Shown: positions 41,305 to 51,488, counted from the first letter of the stretch. The stretch is DNA of 64,000 nucleotides from Gemmatimonadota bacterium (GCA_003222035.1 QHUS01000050.1:43064-107063), one strand, 5' to 3'. A program made the numbers and translations. The notes: a model not told the origin generated them from the sequence alone.

Positions 41305-42827
41305 AGCGTCCCGCCCGCCTTCTGCTGCGCGTCTTTCCTCACGAGCGCGAAGCCGAGCGCATTGAAGTTGTAGTCCGCGATCTCGCGGAACAGCTTCTTG
41401 GCCTGCGCGGCGTCGCCGCCGCCCTCCGTCGCGACCGCAAGTTGGTACTTGATGTACGGATCGAGCAGGTTGCCCTGCCGGAAGTGGGCGGCCGCGTCGG
41501 GATACTTGCTCTGATACAGTGCGATGAATCCCTCCAGCTGGTGCATCGGCTCGAGCTTCCGAGGGTTGGCGTCAGGCGCGAGCAGCTCGTTGATGCGGTC
41601 AGCCTGTTTCTGCGCGGCCGTGTAGTCACCGCGGCGCGCGGCCGTCCACCCTTCGAGATACGCGATCTGGGCTTGCTGTCCCCGTTTGAACGCGGGGTTG
41701 CCACCCTCGTCGGCCTGTTGCATCAGCAATGGCTCCAGCTGCTTCAGGGCCTGCTCCGCGGCCGCACGGTTCTTGGTGTGGGTCGCAATCACGACGACGT
41801 TCGTGAGCGCGGCCACCTTGTTGGCCTTTGGGTCGGGGACTCCCATCCCGTCCACGGACGCGACCAGGTCATTGAGCTCGGTGATCGCCGCGGCGGGATC
41901 GCCGGCGTACACGCTGACGTAGGCACGGAACGGCGCGTAGGCCGCCTTCTCGTTCGCGCGGCCAACGGCCATGGCGGAGTCGTAGTCGGCGCGCGCGGCC
42001 ACGTAGTTGCCCAGGAACGTGTCGGCATGTCCGAGCTTCACGAGCAGAACGCCGCTCTTAGGATCGAGCTCGTGCCCTCGCGCGTATTCGTCCCGCGCTT
42101 TCTGGAGATTGCGCTGTGCCCGGTAGGCATCGCCGACGAGGAGGTGCGCGTTGGACTCATTGGGGGCCAGCGCCTCGGCGTCCTGCATGTGCGCGAGCGC
42201 CTTGGTGAAGTCGCGCGGCTCACCGAAGATGTAATCGTTCCCGACGGTAGCGTGGGCCGCGTACATCTTGGGCGCGATCGCCAGCGCCTTCGTGATCGAG
42301 GCACGCGCGTCTGCGTTCTTGTTCAGCGCAATCTGGGCTCCGGCGAGCGCCAGCCAGGAGCGCGGGCTGTCGGGATACTTCTGCACCAGCTGCTGTCCAA
42401 GGGCGAGCTGACCCTGCAGGTCGTTGTCATAGCCCTTGCGGACCATCTGGATCTGGAGCCGCTCGGCCTCCGATGCGCCCGCGGCGTGCTGCTCCGCCAG
42501 CGCCAGGTTGGTCTTGAACTCGTCGAGCGAGTTCGCGGTGTTGGCGACGTTCACGTACGCGAACGCGAAATTCGGGTCCGCGGCGACCGCCGCCTTGAAG
42601 TGCGTGTTCGCGTCGATGAACCGGCCGAGATCGAGCTCGCGCTGGCCTTCGAGGTACTGGTTCCGTGCCGCCGGCGAGGACGTGGTAATCGGATGCTTGA
42701 TCAGGTCGCTTGTGATGGCATTCAGGGCGGATCGCCCGTCCTGTGCGGCTACGCCTGCGTACCAGGCGCAGCTCGCGAGCACGACCGCCAGCGCCGCACG
42801 CGCGGCCGGGTGGCTGACACGTAGCAT
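41301..42827 (-). CDS. TPR-repeat exported protein (~508 aa), paralogue of 6128..7624
   Basis: Internal ATG (codon 91) with GGAGG Shine-Dalgarno. Signal peptide MLRVSHPAARAALAVVLASCAWYAGVAAQ. Collinear similarity to the 6128 gene. Confidence 0.8.
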   Translation of the reverse strand: MLRVSHPAARAALAVVLASCAWYAGVAAQDGRSALNAITSDLIKHPITTSSPAARNQYLEGQRELDLGRFIDANTHFKAAVAADPNFAFAYVNVANTANSLDEFKTNLALAEQHAAGASEAERLQIQMVRKGYDNDLQGQLALGQQLVQKYPDSPRSWLALAGAQIALNKNADARASITKALAIAPKMYAAHATVGNDYIFGEPRDFTKALAHMQDAEALAPNESNAHLLVGDAYRAQRNLQKARDEYARGHELDPKSGVLLVKLGHADTFLGNYVAARADYDSAMAVGRANEKAAYAPFRAYVSVYAGDPAAAITELNDLVASVDGMGVPDPKANKVAALTNVVVIATHTKNRAAAEQALKQLEPLLMQQADEGGNPAFKRGQQAQIAYLEGWTAARRGDYTAAQKQADRINELLAPDANPRKLEPMHQLEGFIALYQSKYPDAAAHFRQGNLLDPYIKYQLAVATEGGGDAAQAKKLFREIADYNFNALGFALVRKDAQQKAGGTL

Positions 42828-42976
42828 GGTCGCCTCCGAGGTGGGGGTGGCGGTGACGCTGGCGGCAGGCGACCCGAGGTCGGGAGCGTCCCCGTGGAAG
42901 CGCGAACTTGCCCGCCCGTCCGGGACCCCACAAGAGGTTTCGCCGGACCCTAACACGTCCTTGACAACGACCTGTA

Positions 42977-43207
42977 TCAGGTCCGCGGTGCGGGCGCCGC
43001 CCGGCGCGCGAACGAAGTCCACACGGCCAGGCTCGCCACGATCACGTTCGCCACGATCACGGGCAGCGCGTGGATTGCGACGCCGTACGCCGCCCACGCC
43101 AGCGCGGCGACGCCCTGCACGCGGCGCAGGGCTTCAGGGGTCCGGCAGAAGTAAGATACGGCGAAGATCGCCGTCGCCAACCATCCGATCCAATCCGCCA
43201 TGCTCAT
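42977..43207 (-). CDS. small membrane protein (76 aa)
   Basis: ATGA overlap with the HAD gene stop. [20 protein letters not shown]...[17 protein letters not shown], two to three TM helices. Confidence 0.55.
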   Translation of the reverse strand: MSMADWIGWLATAIFAVSYFCRTPEALRRVQGVAALAWAAYGVAIHALPVIVANVIVASLAVWTSFARRAAPAPRT

Positions 43208-44004
43208 GCCACCAGGGGTGAAGCCGAGTCGGTCTCGCGGATCGTCAGCAGGTCCGTCTGGACCTTGTCCCACTCCTGGAGCACCAGCCCGTGTGACTCG
43301 AACAGGGCGTGGATCCCCGAGGCGCTCATGCCGACGATCTCCTCGAGGATCGGCACCAGGACGCTCACGGCATCGTCCGAGAGGACGGTGCGCTTCGCGA
43401 TCTGCGCGAGGTACTTGTTCTCCGACACGGCGATGGTCATGCCGTTCAACCGATTGACGTGCAGCATCACGTGAATGTCCGAGCTCCCGTCGCCCACGTA
43501 CACCACACGGTCGTGGCTCACCGGCAACTCCGCCCGGAGCTGTTCGAGCAGAGCGACCTTGCCGTATCCCGCGGTGACCCGCTCAATCGACTCGATCTCC
43601 CCCGACACGGGGTGGTAGCGGAAGCGCGTTCCGTGAATGTGGTCCGACGGGACGATTCCTTCCAGCGCCGACTGGATCACTTCCTGCGGAGCCGCGGAAA
43701 TGACGGTGAACGTGAACTGATACCCGTCCAGCTCGCGGAGCAGGCGGGCCAGGAGAGGCAGGTTCGTCTTGAGGCGCACCCGCTTCCCCACCTCGACGAG
43801 GTGCTCTTTCCGCACTCTGCGGAATTCGGGATCGTGGAGCAGCAAGTACGCCAGCTCCGCGCCCTGCTGCACCAGGTGGGTGCTCGCCAGTCCCGCGCTC
43901 TTCTCCTGGAAGCCCGGGATCCCGAGCATGTCGCTCAGCACGATCCCCGAATCGTTGAAGCTCAGGGTCTGGTCAAAGTCGCTCGCCAGCAGATATCGCT
44001 TCAT
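43204..44004 (-). CDS. HAD-superfamily hydrolase (subfamily IB-like)
   Basis: ATG with GAGGAAG Shine-Dalgarno. Motif I DFDQTL, later VISAA, K, and GDGSSD (motif IV). Confidence 0.8.
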   Translation of the reverse strand: MKRYLLASDFDQTLSFNDSGIVLSDMLGIPGFQEKSAGLASTHLVQQGAELAYLLLHDPEFRRVRKEHLVEVGKRVRLKTNLPLLARLLRELDGYQFTFTVISAAPQEVIQSALEGIVPSDHIHGTRFRYHPVSGEIESIERVTAGYGKVALLEQLRAELPVSHDRVVYVGDGSSDIHVMLHVNRLNGMTIAVSENKYLAQIAKRTVLSDDAVSVLVPILEEIVGMSASGIHALFESHGLVLQEWDKVQTDLLTIRETDSASPLVA

Positions 44005-44037
44005 CACTCGCTTCCTCGTTGAAGCCACAAACGTCGG

Positions 44038-44068
44038 CGCCCCCGCCGGAGCAGCTCCGGCGGGGGCG
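44038..44068 (-). terminator. 14-bp GC hairpin between the acyl-CoA synthetase and HAD genes
   Basis: cgcccccgccggag-cag-ctccggcgggggcg. Weak U-tract (cgacgtttg) on the minus strand. ~150 nt downstream of the stop at 44222. Confidence 0.4.
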
Positions 44069-44221
44069 TCAGCGCATCGTCGTGCGCAACCCAGCGGGCG
44101 TGCTCGCTCAGGTACTCGTCCAGCGGCAATTGTGGTTAGACGTCGAGCGAAACATGCGGGTTCCCGCGTTAGCCGTTCGTGCGCACACTAGACAGGGAGG
44201 CGCGGGCTGTCAAGGAGAGTT

Positions 44222-45730
44222 CTACGTAAACAGTTTAGCGACATCGTGTTTCGTGACCTTCCCGATGGCGTTTCGTGGCAGCGCCGTGACCGAGCGAAGC
44301 GCGCGCGGAACTTTGTAGGGAGCGAGCCGTTCCCTGGCCCAGCTCTGCAACGCAGCCAGCGTCAGCTCCGGCTCGTGCCCGCCCTCCCCCCGTGGTTCCA
44401 CCGCCACACAGACGCGCTCCCCCCATTCGGGGTCTGCGACGCCGACCACGGCGCACTCGGCAATCGCCGGATGCGTGCGCAACACCTCCTCAACCTCGAG
44501 CGCCGACACCTTGTACCCTCCCGTCTTGATGATGTCCACGCTCGAACGACCGAGGATGCGATACGCGCCCGCGTCCAGCACCGCCACGTCGCCGGTTCGG
44601 AACCAGCCGTCGCGAAACGCGTCGCGCGTGGCTTCCGGTCGCTGCCAGTACTCGAGGAATACGGTCGCACCGCGCACGTCGATTTCCCCGGGGGTGCCGG
44701 GCGCCACGGGCTGGCCGGTTTCGCCGACCAGCCGCACCTCGACGCCCGGCAACGGCGTTCCCACGAATCCCGGTCGCCGCTCGCCGTGCAGCGGGTTGGA
44801 CAGCGCCATACCGATCTCGGTCATGCCGTATCGTTCGAGCAGCACGTGGCCGCTGATCTCGCGCCACCGTTCCAGCCGCTGCACCGGAAGCGCGGCCGAC
44901 CCCGACACCATGAGCCGCATGGGTGGCGACGCGCACCCCGCCGACCACGCCCGGCGCCGCTCGGGCGGGGCGGACTCCCAGGCGCCGATCAGCTTGCCGT
45001 AGATGGTCGGCACGGCCATGAACAGCGTGAGCTCGCGCGCGGCGATTCGCGACCAGACCGGTTCCGCGTCGAATTTCGCGAGCATCTCGCAGCGCGCGCC
45101 GGCCCAGAGCGCGCACGTCACAACGTTGATGATCCCGTGCACGTGGTGCAGCGGCAGCACCAGCAGAATCCAGTCGTCCGGCCGCCATTCCCATGCGGTG
45201 ACCAGGCTCGTCACCTGAGCGGCGATATTCGCGTGTGTCGTGACCACGCCCTTGGGTTTCCCCGTGGTGCCGCTGGTGTAGACCATCATCGCTCTCCTCC
45301 CCTCCGCCACGTCGGGGAGAAAGGAGAGGGGAGAGGTATTCATCGCTTCACTCGAGGTGACGGTTCGCACGTTTGGCGGCGAGCGCGCGGCGCTCATCGC
45401 ACCCGCGAACTCAGGATGGACGACCACGATCTCCGCAGCGGCGTCGTGAATCACATACTCGAGCTCCGGGGGTGGGTGCGACACGGCAAGCGGCACGGCG
45501 ATTCCGCCGGCGCGCCAGATCCCCCATTGGACCGCCACATGGTGAAAGCCGGGGGGCACGAGAAAAGCGACGCGCGCCTCCTCGAGGTCGCCCCGTCCGC
45601 CGAGCAGGCATGCGGCTACCCGGGCGGAGGCCTCGAGCAGATCGCCGTAGGTGAACGTGCCTTCGGACGCGAGGATCGCCGTGCGCTTGGCGTGGCGGTG
45701 GGCCCGGGCGACCAGCGGGAGCTCGGACAC
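44222..45730 (-). CDS. AMP-dependent acyl-CoA synthetase/ligase
   Basis: AMP-binding signature MMVYTSGTTGKPKGV, YGMTE, GWFRTGD, IIKTGGYKV, and a C-terminal IGKV Lys. Confidence 0.9.
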   Translation of the reverse strand: MSELPLVARAHRHAKRTAILASEGTFTYGDLLEASARVAACLLGGRGDLEEARVAFLVPPGFHHVAVQWGIWRAGGIAVPLAVSHPPPELEYVIHDAAAEIVVVHPEFAGAMSAARSPPNVRTVTSSEAMNTSPLSFLPDVAEGRRAMMVYTSGTTGKPKGVVTTHANIAAQVTSLVTAWEWRPDDWILLVLPLHHVHGIINVVTCALWAGARCEMLAKFDAEPVWSRIAARELTLFMAVPTIYGKLIGAWESAPPERRRAWSAGCASPPMRLMVSGSAALPVQRLERWREISGHVLLERYGMTEIGMALSNPLHGERRPGFVGTPLPGVEVRLVGETGQPVAPGTPGEIDVRGATVFLEYWQRPEATRDAFRDGWFRTGDVAVLDAGAYRILGRSSVDIIKTGGYKVSALEVEEVLRTHPAIAECAVVGVADPEWGERVCVAVEPRGEGGHEPELTLAALQSWARERLAPYKVPRALRSVTALPRNAIGKVTKHDVAKLFT

Positions 45731-45740
45731 CTTTGTGCAC

Positions 45741-47426
45741 TCAGTTCGGAGCCGGCCCTTTGGGTTGGGAGGCTCGCCGCGCGCTCATGTGGCGGACCAT
45801 GATCCGCATCAGCTCGGCGTTGGTCCAGGGCTGCCAGCCGTGGGGCTTCTTAGGGCGTCCGTACGCGAACTCGGCGTTCGCGGCGGGTCGGGCCCGCTTG
45901 AGAAACTCCTCCAGCCGGTACACGGCCAGGTTCAGGTAGAATGTGTCCATGTCCCCCGTGAACACGTGGATCTGGCCGCGCAGCTTGGGACCGAGCGTCG
46001 CCCAGTTCCGCTCCAGATACTCGCGCAGGTCGTAGTCATGGGACCGGAAGTACTCGGCGACGCTGCGGTCGATCGTTCCCGTGCCAAGGTCCCATAGCTC
46101 CGCCGGGTAGCCGTCCGCCCCGACGGGGCCGTAGGTGGCCTCCCAGATCGCGAATTGCTCGCCCGAGCGCGCGCGGCTCCCGAGCACCGCCTCGAACTGG
46201 CTCTCCTGCCGAATGGTGATCCGCGGCTGCGCCGTGACCTCCTGCTCGGCCGGCACTTCGGCGGTCATCCACTCCGCCACCTGATGGATGAACGCGTTCG
46301 TGTCGCTGTAGACGTCGGGAATCTCGTAATGCCGGAAGTCGACCGGGTCCGGGTAGAGCACCCAGGTGCCCCCAAAGAAGTCGGGATGGTACACCTGCAG
46401 CGCCAGCGCTTCCCACCCTCCGGTCGACCCGCCCGTGAGCGCCCGCGCCCAGGGCTGGCGGATCATCCGGAAGCGCGCTTCGAGATAAGGAATGAGCTCC
46501 TGCAGCAGCGCATCGCCGTACGGACCGTTGTTCGCGGAATTCACGGCGTAGGAGTCGTCGAAGTAGGGTGTCGGATGCTGGAACGTCACCGCGATCAGGC
46601 GGGGGAAGCTCGCCGAGTTCCACGCCCGGTAGAACTCGAACCCGGTCTCCCGCGCCGACCGCTCGAGGCGCGCCGCGCGCTGCTCGGCGGTTTCGGGCGT
46701 CGAATCGCTGGAAAACCCGAAGGGAGGATTGAGTGTGAAGTGGCCCTGCTGGTACACGGTGGGGTAGCGACGGGCGGTGTCCGTCTCATAGCCGCGCGGC
46801 AGGAGCACGGTCGCGCCGAGATACATCGGCCGGCCCCACCAGGCCGTGAGCAGCTTGCTCTGGATCTTGACGTGCTTCACCCACCTCGTGTCCGGCGGTA
46901 CCTCGACCGGCGGGAGCGCCCGCGTGAGCTCGAGGCGAAGCGTGTCGGCCCGCGCTGGATCGAGGTGCACCTTACGCACCTCGCTCACCAGGTTTCCGGG
47001 AGACTTGTTGAACTGTTGGCCCTCCCACTGATCGTCGTGCAGCCACAACGTGTGCCCGTCGGCGCGGCGAAACTCGCTGTACACGCTCAACAGACCCTGC
47101 ACGTAGTAGTCCCCCGCGCGGATCTCCTTGAGGCTCGAGACGGGATAACCAAGGGTCGCGCCGTCGATCACGGCCGCCGCGCCGCTCCGGAGCTCGCTCA
47201 CGTCCACACCGAAGAACGGTGTGCAGTCGCTCTCGTGACGCACCTGGAGGCGTGGCTCCGTGTCGTCATGTCGCGTCACGAAGACGTACATGCGTCCGGT
47301 CACGGGGGTCGAGGCCAGCGCCGACGACACAGTCAGCTCGACGCGGGGACCCTGGGCGGCGGCTCGCGGGACAACAGGAAGCACGAGGGCGATGGCGAGG
47401 GGGAGAGACAGCGTGACGGAGCGCAA
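45741..47426 (-). CDS. exported alpha/beta-hydrolase (putative esterase family)
   Basis: Signal peptide MRSVTLSLPLAIALVLPVVPRAAAQ. Nucleophile elbow GGSTGGW. 561 aa. Confidence 0.65.
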   Translation of the reverse strand: MRSVTLSLPLAIALVLPVVPRAAAQGPRVELTVSSALASTPVTGRMYVFVTRHDDTEPRLQVRHESDCTPFFGVDVSELRSGAAAVIDGATLGYPVSSLKEIRAGDYYVQGLLSVYSEFRRADGHTLWLHDDQWEGQQFNKSPGNLVSEVRKVHLDPARADTLRLELTRALPPVEVPPDTRWVKHVKIQSKLLTAWWGRPMYLGATVLLPRGYETDTARRYPTVYQQGHFTLNPPFGFSSDSTPETAEQRAARLERSARETGFEFYRAWNSASFPRLIAVTFQHPTPYFDDSYAVNSANNGPYGDALLQELIPYLEARFRMIRQPWARALTGGSTGGWEALALQVYHPDFFGGTWVLYPDPVDFRHYEIPDVYSDTNAFIHQVAEWMTAEVPAEQEVTAQPRITIRQESQFEAVLGSRARSGEQFAIWEATYGPVGADGYPAELWDLGTGTIDRSVAEYFRSHDYDLREYLERNWATLGPKLRGQIHVFTGDMDTFYLNLAVYRLEEFLKRARPAANAEFAYGRPKKPHGWQPWTNAELMRIMVRHMSARRASQPKGPAPN

Positions 47427-47587
47427 CGCGGCACCCTCTGGAAAGGTGGCGCGCTAGAGTCGCCTCAAACGCACCGGTCCGCAAGCAGTCGCGACGCGGT
47501 GGAGCGGCATGCGCCTTGCCGCGCAATCCGACGGTGGGCGGAGCACTTGCACGACGGGCCTCGACGGTCTACTGTCTCGACGACCAA

Positions 47588-47836
47588 ATGTCACCAGCAA
47601 CACGCTACATCATCCAGGTGGACCGGCCGGGGGAGCGAGTCGACATGGCCTCGATCCGCGCCCTGCTCGACGGCGTTGGCGTGGTCTTGGACCCTGCCTA
47701 CGGCCCGGTCCCGATCAACCCTCAGCTGGGCCGTTACGTCGTCCGCGGCACAGCCTCACCCGACGCGCGCACCCGTGCCGAGCAGATTCCCGGAGTGCGC
47801 TTCTTCGCCGACGCCGTGCAGGAGCCCGCTTCCTGA
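47588..47836 (+). CDS. small protein resembling the N-terminal prodomain of the adjacent S8 peptidase
   Basis: Internal ATG (codon 25): MSPATRYIIQVDRPGE... It shares the pattern LLxG..GV.VD..Y.PV ... G.Y.VR ... P..GV..D.V with residues ~28-105 of the 47841 gene product. Confidence 0.55.
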   Translation: MSPATRYIIQVDRPGERVDMASIRALLDGVGVVLDPAYGPVPINPQLGRYVVRGTASPDARTRAEQIPGVRFFADAVQEPAS

Positions 47837-47840
47837 TCGC

Positions 47841-49163
47841 CTACGCTTTCACCCGCACGCGCTTCCGGGCCATGGCCTTCGGGCGCAGCCCTTCCACCGC
47901 CGCCCGCGCGTCTATCACCCCGTAGCCGAGATCGAAGTCCCAGCCGGACCCTCCCAGGTCTCTGGCGGTGCGTTGCAGCAGGCCCTTGAGTTGAGCGGGC
48001 GCGAGGCGGTCCGTGGCAAAGCCCTGGCGCAGCGCGGCCGCGACGCCTGCCGCGACCGGACTCGCGGCCGAGGTGCCACCGTCGGCTGGATAGACGCCCG
48101 AGCCCACGAAGTGACTGAAGCCGGCGAGGTCGGGTTTGCGGGCGTAGAGCGCGCCCGGCCCCTGCGACGAGTACCCCAGGCGCCGGTCGGTGACGGTCAC
48201 CGCGGCGACCGACACGACGTCGGGGTGGGAGTTGGCACCATGGATCGAGGCGCCCGGGCCCGTGTCATGAGCGCCGCAGCGTCCGTCGGGACAATCGGCT
48301 CCGCAGTTGCCCGCGGCGAAGAACACATCGGCGCCTGCGGCGACCAGCGCCCCGGTGACCTGGTTGAAGGGGTGATCGGGGTTGGCGCTGTAGTTGTCCG
48401 GCGAGCCGATCGGCGCATCGCTCGCCCGGTCGAACAGTCCCCAGCTGTTGTTCACCACCCAGCGGCCCGGCGTGGCGTTCACGCGCGTCACGAGGTCCGC
48501 GAACGCGGCGATCGCGTCCGACAGGAATCCGGCCCACGTGCCGGCTTGTGATTTGAGGAGTGCGTAGTCGAAGATCTCCGCGTCCGGCGCCGCGATGCGG
48601 ACATCGTATGCCACCATCGTGCCGTGCGTTGGCGGAGTCGAGCCGGGCACGTAGCCGGGTGTCGGCGCCCAGCCGCCGGCGACCGGAATGCGCGAGCCGT
48701 CGATTCCCGTGTCGACGACCGCGACGTGGACCCCCTTGCCGGTGAGCCCGGCGCGGGCGAGCGCGGAGACGCCGAGCTGTTTGGCCACGTCCTTCGTGGC
48801 GCCGATCGCGGCCTCGCCGCAGTACGGCGCCGGGAAGGTGGACACGGGGACGTCGACGTACACGCCGAGAATGTCCGGGGAGCGATCGCGCCGCAGTCGC
48901 GCGACGGCGTCCTCGTCGGCGACCTCCACTCGCACGGCATAGCTGCCAGCCGGCGCGTTGGCGTCATAGCTGAGGCCGTCGGGCACGCGGTGCCCGACGC
49001 CGATGCGGCGCAGCACCTCCACCGGATGATAGGTCTCGTCGACCCGCACGCCGATGACCTTGCTCAGGCCCTCGAGCAGTGGTCCGGCTGGACCGAACGA
49101 ACGGGCGCGCCACGCCTGCTCGAGCGACGCCTGACCACGGATCAAGACGATGCGACGCGGCAT
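47841..49163 (-). CDS. S8 family (subtilisin-like) serine peptidase with N-terminal prodomain, no signal peptide seen
   Basis: Catalytic triad motifs VVDTGID (Asp), HGTMVA (His), GGTSAASPVAAG (Ser). GGAGG Shine-Dalgarno. Confidence 0.9.
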   Translation of the reverse strand: MPRRIVLIRGQASLEQAWRARSFGPAGPLLEGLSKVIGVRVDETYHPVEVLRRIGVGHRVPDGLSYDANAPAGSYAVRVEVADEDAVARLRRDRSPDILGVYVDVPVSTFPAPYCGEAAIGATKDVAKQLGVSALARAGLTGKGVHVAVVDTGIDGSRIPVAGGWAPTPGYVPGSTPPTHGTMVAYDVRIAAPDAEIFDYALLKSQAGTWAGFLSDAIAAFADLVTRVNATPGRWVVNNSWGLFDRASDAPIGSPDNYSANPDHPFNQVTGALVAAGADVFFAAGNCGADCPDGRCGAHDTGPGASIHGANSHPDVVSVAAVTVTDRRLGYSSQGPGALYARKPDLAGFSHFVGSGVYPADGGTSAASPVAAGVAAALRQGFATDRLAPAQLKGLLQRTARDLGGSGWDFDLGYGVIDARAAVEGLRPKAMARKRVRVKA

Positions 49164-49442
49164 CAGCGCCTCCCCTCTCCGTAGTCCGGGAAGGAGTTGA
49201 CCACTCTGTCGCAGTAAGGATCGACCGGCGGGGCGGGCGCAACCAGCGCCCCTGGCCAGGCTACGCGAACGTGACGACTCATCGGTGCAGTCCTCGCGTC
49301 GGAGGTTCGGGGCGCATGTGTTATACCCCGCTGCCGCGGGCGGTTCTGGCGTCCGACGACGCGGCCTGGATTACGGGGGTTATCTTGGACGTTCGCAGGC
49401 TGGGGCCGTCATGCAGTTGTCTTCGTCTGTAGAGGAGGCCCG

Positions 49443-49796
49443 ATGCCACAGGGCGATCACGACCGCCGAATCGACTATATCGAGTTCGGCGCGACCGACA
49501 TCGGCAAGACCAAGGAGTTTTACCAACGAGCGTTCGGCTGGAAGTTCGAGGACTACGGCCCCGACTATACGAGCTTCCAGGACGGGCGCCTGAGCGGCGG
49601 GTTCACGAGGGACGCCAAGGTGCGACCCGCCAACCCGCTCGTGGTGATTTACGCGGTGCGGCTGGAGGAGACCGAGGGCAAGATCACGCAAGCGGGCGGG
49701 AAGATCGTCCGCAAGACGTATGCATTCCCGGGTGGACGGCGGTTTCACTTCGCGGATCCCAGCGGCAACGAGCTGGCGGTGTGGACCGACAAGTAG
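49443..49796 (+). CDS. VOC (glyoxalase/bleomycin-resistance) family protein
   Basis: GAGGAGG Shine-Dalgarno. IDYIEFGATDIGKTKEFYQRAFGW...GGRRFHFADPSGNELAVW. Confidence 0.85.
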   Translation: MPQGDHDRRIDYIEFGATDIGKTKEFYQRAFGWKFEDYGPDYTSFQDGRLSGGFTRDAKVRPANPLVVIYAVRLEETEGKITQAGGKIVRKTYAFPGGRRFHFADPSGNELAVWTDK

Positions 49797-49925
49797 CGAG
49801 TTGACAAGCCCTCTTACCGTTCGGGCGAGACTCGGCGCGACTATTTCACCGACGAGCCCCACGGTCACGTCGCGATTCTTGCCGTGGCGCGCGAAGCGGT
49901 GACACCACACTTGGGATAGAGTGCG

Positions 49926-51488
49926 CTAGTCCCGCACGCGGATCGCGTCCGCCACGACCACCGCGCCGCTCGCATCCTTCCGCAACAGGACGACCCGATT
50001 CCACCCGGCGGGCAGCGTCCACGTGCCCAGGGTGTGCCACACGCCGCCGCCGGTCGTCTGGTCGAGGCGTACGACGCCGGCGGTGTCGCCCGTCGCGGCG
50101 ACGACCGCGTAGGCCGCCCGCGAGGAGCGGTTGCTCCCGCTGGTCCAGCGCGCGTCAACGGTTCGCGCACCGGGGGCAGCGAGGAGGAACGCGAACGCGG
50201 CGCCGTCGGTCGCGGCGGCTTGCGTCGGCGCCCAACGATAGCCGCCACCGTAGTAGTCGGGCGTCGTGTCCGCTGTGGGCCACGCGGCCGGCAGCGTGGC
50301 GACCGCGACGGCGGGGTCGTTGAACTCCGCTGAGTCGTCCACCACGATCTCACCGCACCGGGCCTGCACCAGGTGCACGTAGGCGATCCACGGCCAGTTC
50401 GCTCCCGGGTCGTGGCGGTCCGCGGGCTGGAGCTGCCCGTGGCCGACGATGTGCTGCCAGTCGCGCGGGATCCCGCGGTCACGCGTCACGTCGCACACCA
50501 GTGTCGCCGACGCGGCGAGCTGCGCCGCGGGGAACGAGGCCTGTGACGCAAAGCCCGCGTGCTCGATCCCGACCGTGAAGTGATTGCTTTGCACGCCGTT
50601 CAACCAGCAGTCGTGGCGACGGTTGAGGGGGCAGTCGTATGACGCCGCGATGTGCCACGCCCGACTCTGCTCGCGCACCAGTTCCGAGATTTCGCTGCCG
50701 TCTTCGTTGACGACGTAATGCGCGCTCACCTGAGAAACGGGATTCACGAGCCAGCTCCAGCAGCTCGCGTAGTTGCTCTCGCATGTATGGATGATGACCA
50801 TGTGAATCGCGCCGGTCGCGTCGCTCGCGCGCTGGTCGAAATTGGGCGACGCGCGCCACACCGCGGAGGCGTAGTCGGGCGCTCCACCAGGCGGTGGGGA
50901 GCAAGCGCTCGCTGCGACGGCGCGAGGGCCGCGACCGGCGCGCACACCGCCGCGCGCCAGCGCGCGATCGACCTCGCGCAAGTACGCCGCCCGGCCGTCC
51001 GGGAGCTCGATGTCGCTGTACCGCGTCACGACCGTCGACCACTCTTCGATTCGGGTGCGATCGATCGCGGCGGCGGTCGCATACGCATCGAGCAGCGCCG
51101 CAGCGGCGCGGACGTTCGCCACGGGATCGCGTTCCGCGGCGTCCACGGTCACTCCGGCGAGCGCTGCCGCGCGTTCGAGCGCGTGGCCGCGCAGCGCCAT
51201 CACGCCGAACCGGGCCTCTCGTCCGGGGAACTCTTCCGTTCCGCGCACCATTTGCCAGCGCGTCTCCGCCCAGCCGATCGACGCGAGCAGCGCCGGGGGC
51301 ACGTGGAATTCCGCGCCGGCCGTGGCGAACAGCGAGTCAAAGGGCGAGGGCAGGGCAGGGCCCTGCGCCTGATGAGCGGCGACCTGTTGAGTGGGGCAGG
51401 GCTGCACCGGTGACCCACGGCAGGCGGCGGCAAGCCAGACCAGCAGCGCCGCGTCAGCGCCGAGCCGCGGCTTCACCCGCGCGATCAC
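49926..51488 (-). CDS. multi-domain peptidoglycan hydrolase: N-acetylmuramoyl-L-alanine amidase (amidase_2) with SLT-like N-terminal region
   Basis: GTG start overlapping the upstream stop (GTGA). Amidase_2 pattern IIHTCES...SAHYVV...AWHIAA...TVGIEHAG. N-terminal LLASIGWAETRW is a weak SLT-like motif. Confidence 0.8.
   Translation of the reverse strand: MIARVKPRLGADAALLVWLAAACRGSPVQPCPTQQVAAHQAQGPALPSPFDSLFATAGAEFHVPPALLASIGWAETRWQMVRGTEEFPGREARFGVMALRGHALERAAALAGVTVDAAERDPVANVRAAAALLDAYATAAAIDRTRIEEWSTVVTRYSDIELPDGRAAYLREVDRALARGGVRAGRGPRAVAASACSPPPGGAPDYASAVWRASPNFDQRASDATGAIHMVIIHTCESNYASCWSWLVNPVSQVSAHYVVNEDGSEISELVREQSRAWHIAASYDCPLNRRHDCWLNGVQSNHFTVGIEHAGFASQASFPAAQLAASATLVCDVTRDRGIPRDWQHIVGHGQLQPADRHDPGANWPWIAYVHLVQARCGEIVVDDSAEFNDPAVAVATLPAAWPTADTTPDYYGGGYRWAPTQAAATDGAAFAFLLAAPGARTVDARWTSGSNRSSRAAYAVVAATGDTAGVVRLDQTTGGGVWHTLGTWTLPAGWNRVVLLRKDASGAVVVADAIRVRD

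Noticed and set aside
40740-42824. 694-aa plus-strand ORF
   Set aside because: It overlaps the amidase 3' end out of frame and is antisense to the TPR protein gene. No recognisable domains.
44004-44129. 41-codon TTG-initiated ORF ([41 protein letters not shown]) whose TGA overlaps the HAD gene ATG
   Set aside because: The second half is simply the translation of the 14-bp GC hairpin (44038-44068), which more plausibly acts as the terminator of the acyl-CoA synthetase gene. It has a TTG start with no Shine-Dalgarno, so I cannot support it as a gene.
46155-48551. 798-aa plus-strand ORF
   Set aside because: It is antisense to the esterase and S8 peptidase genes, both of which have catalytic motifs. 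The sequence is Arg/Gly-rich. Shadow ORF.
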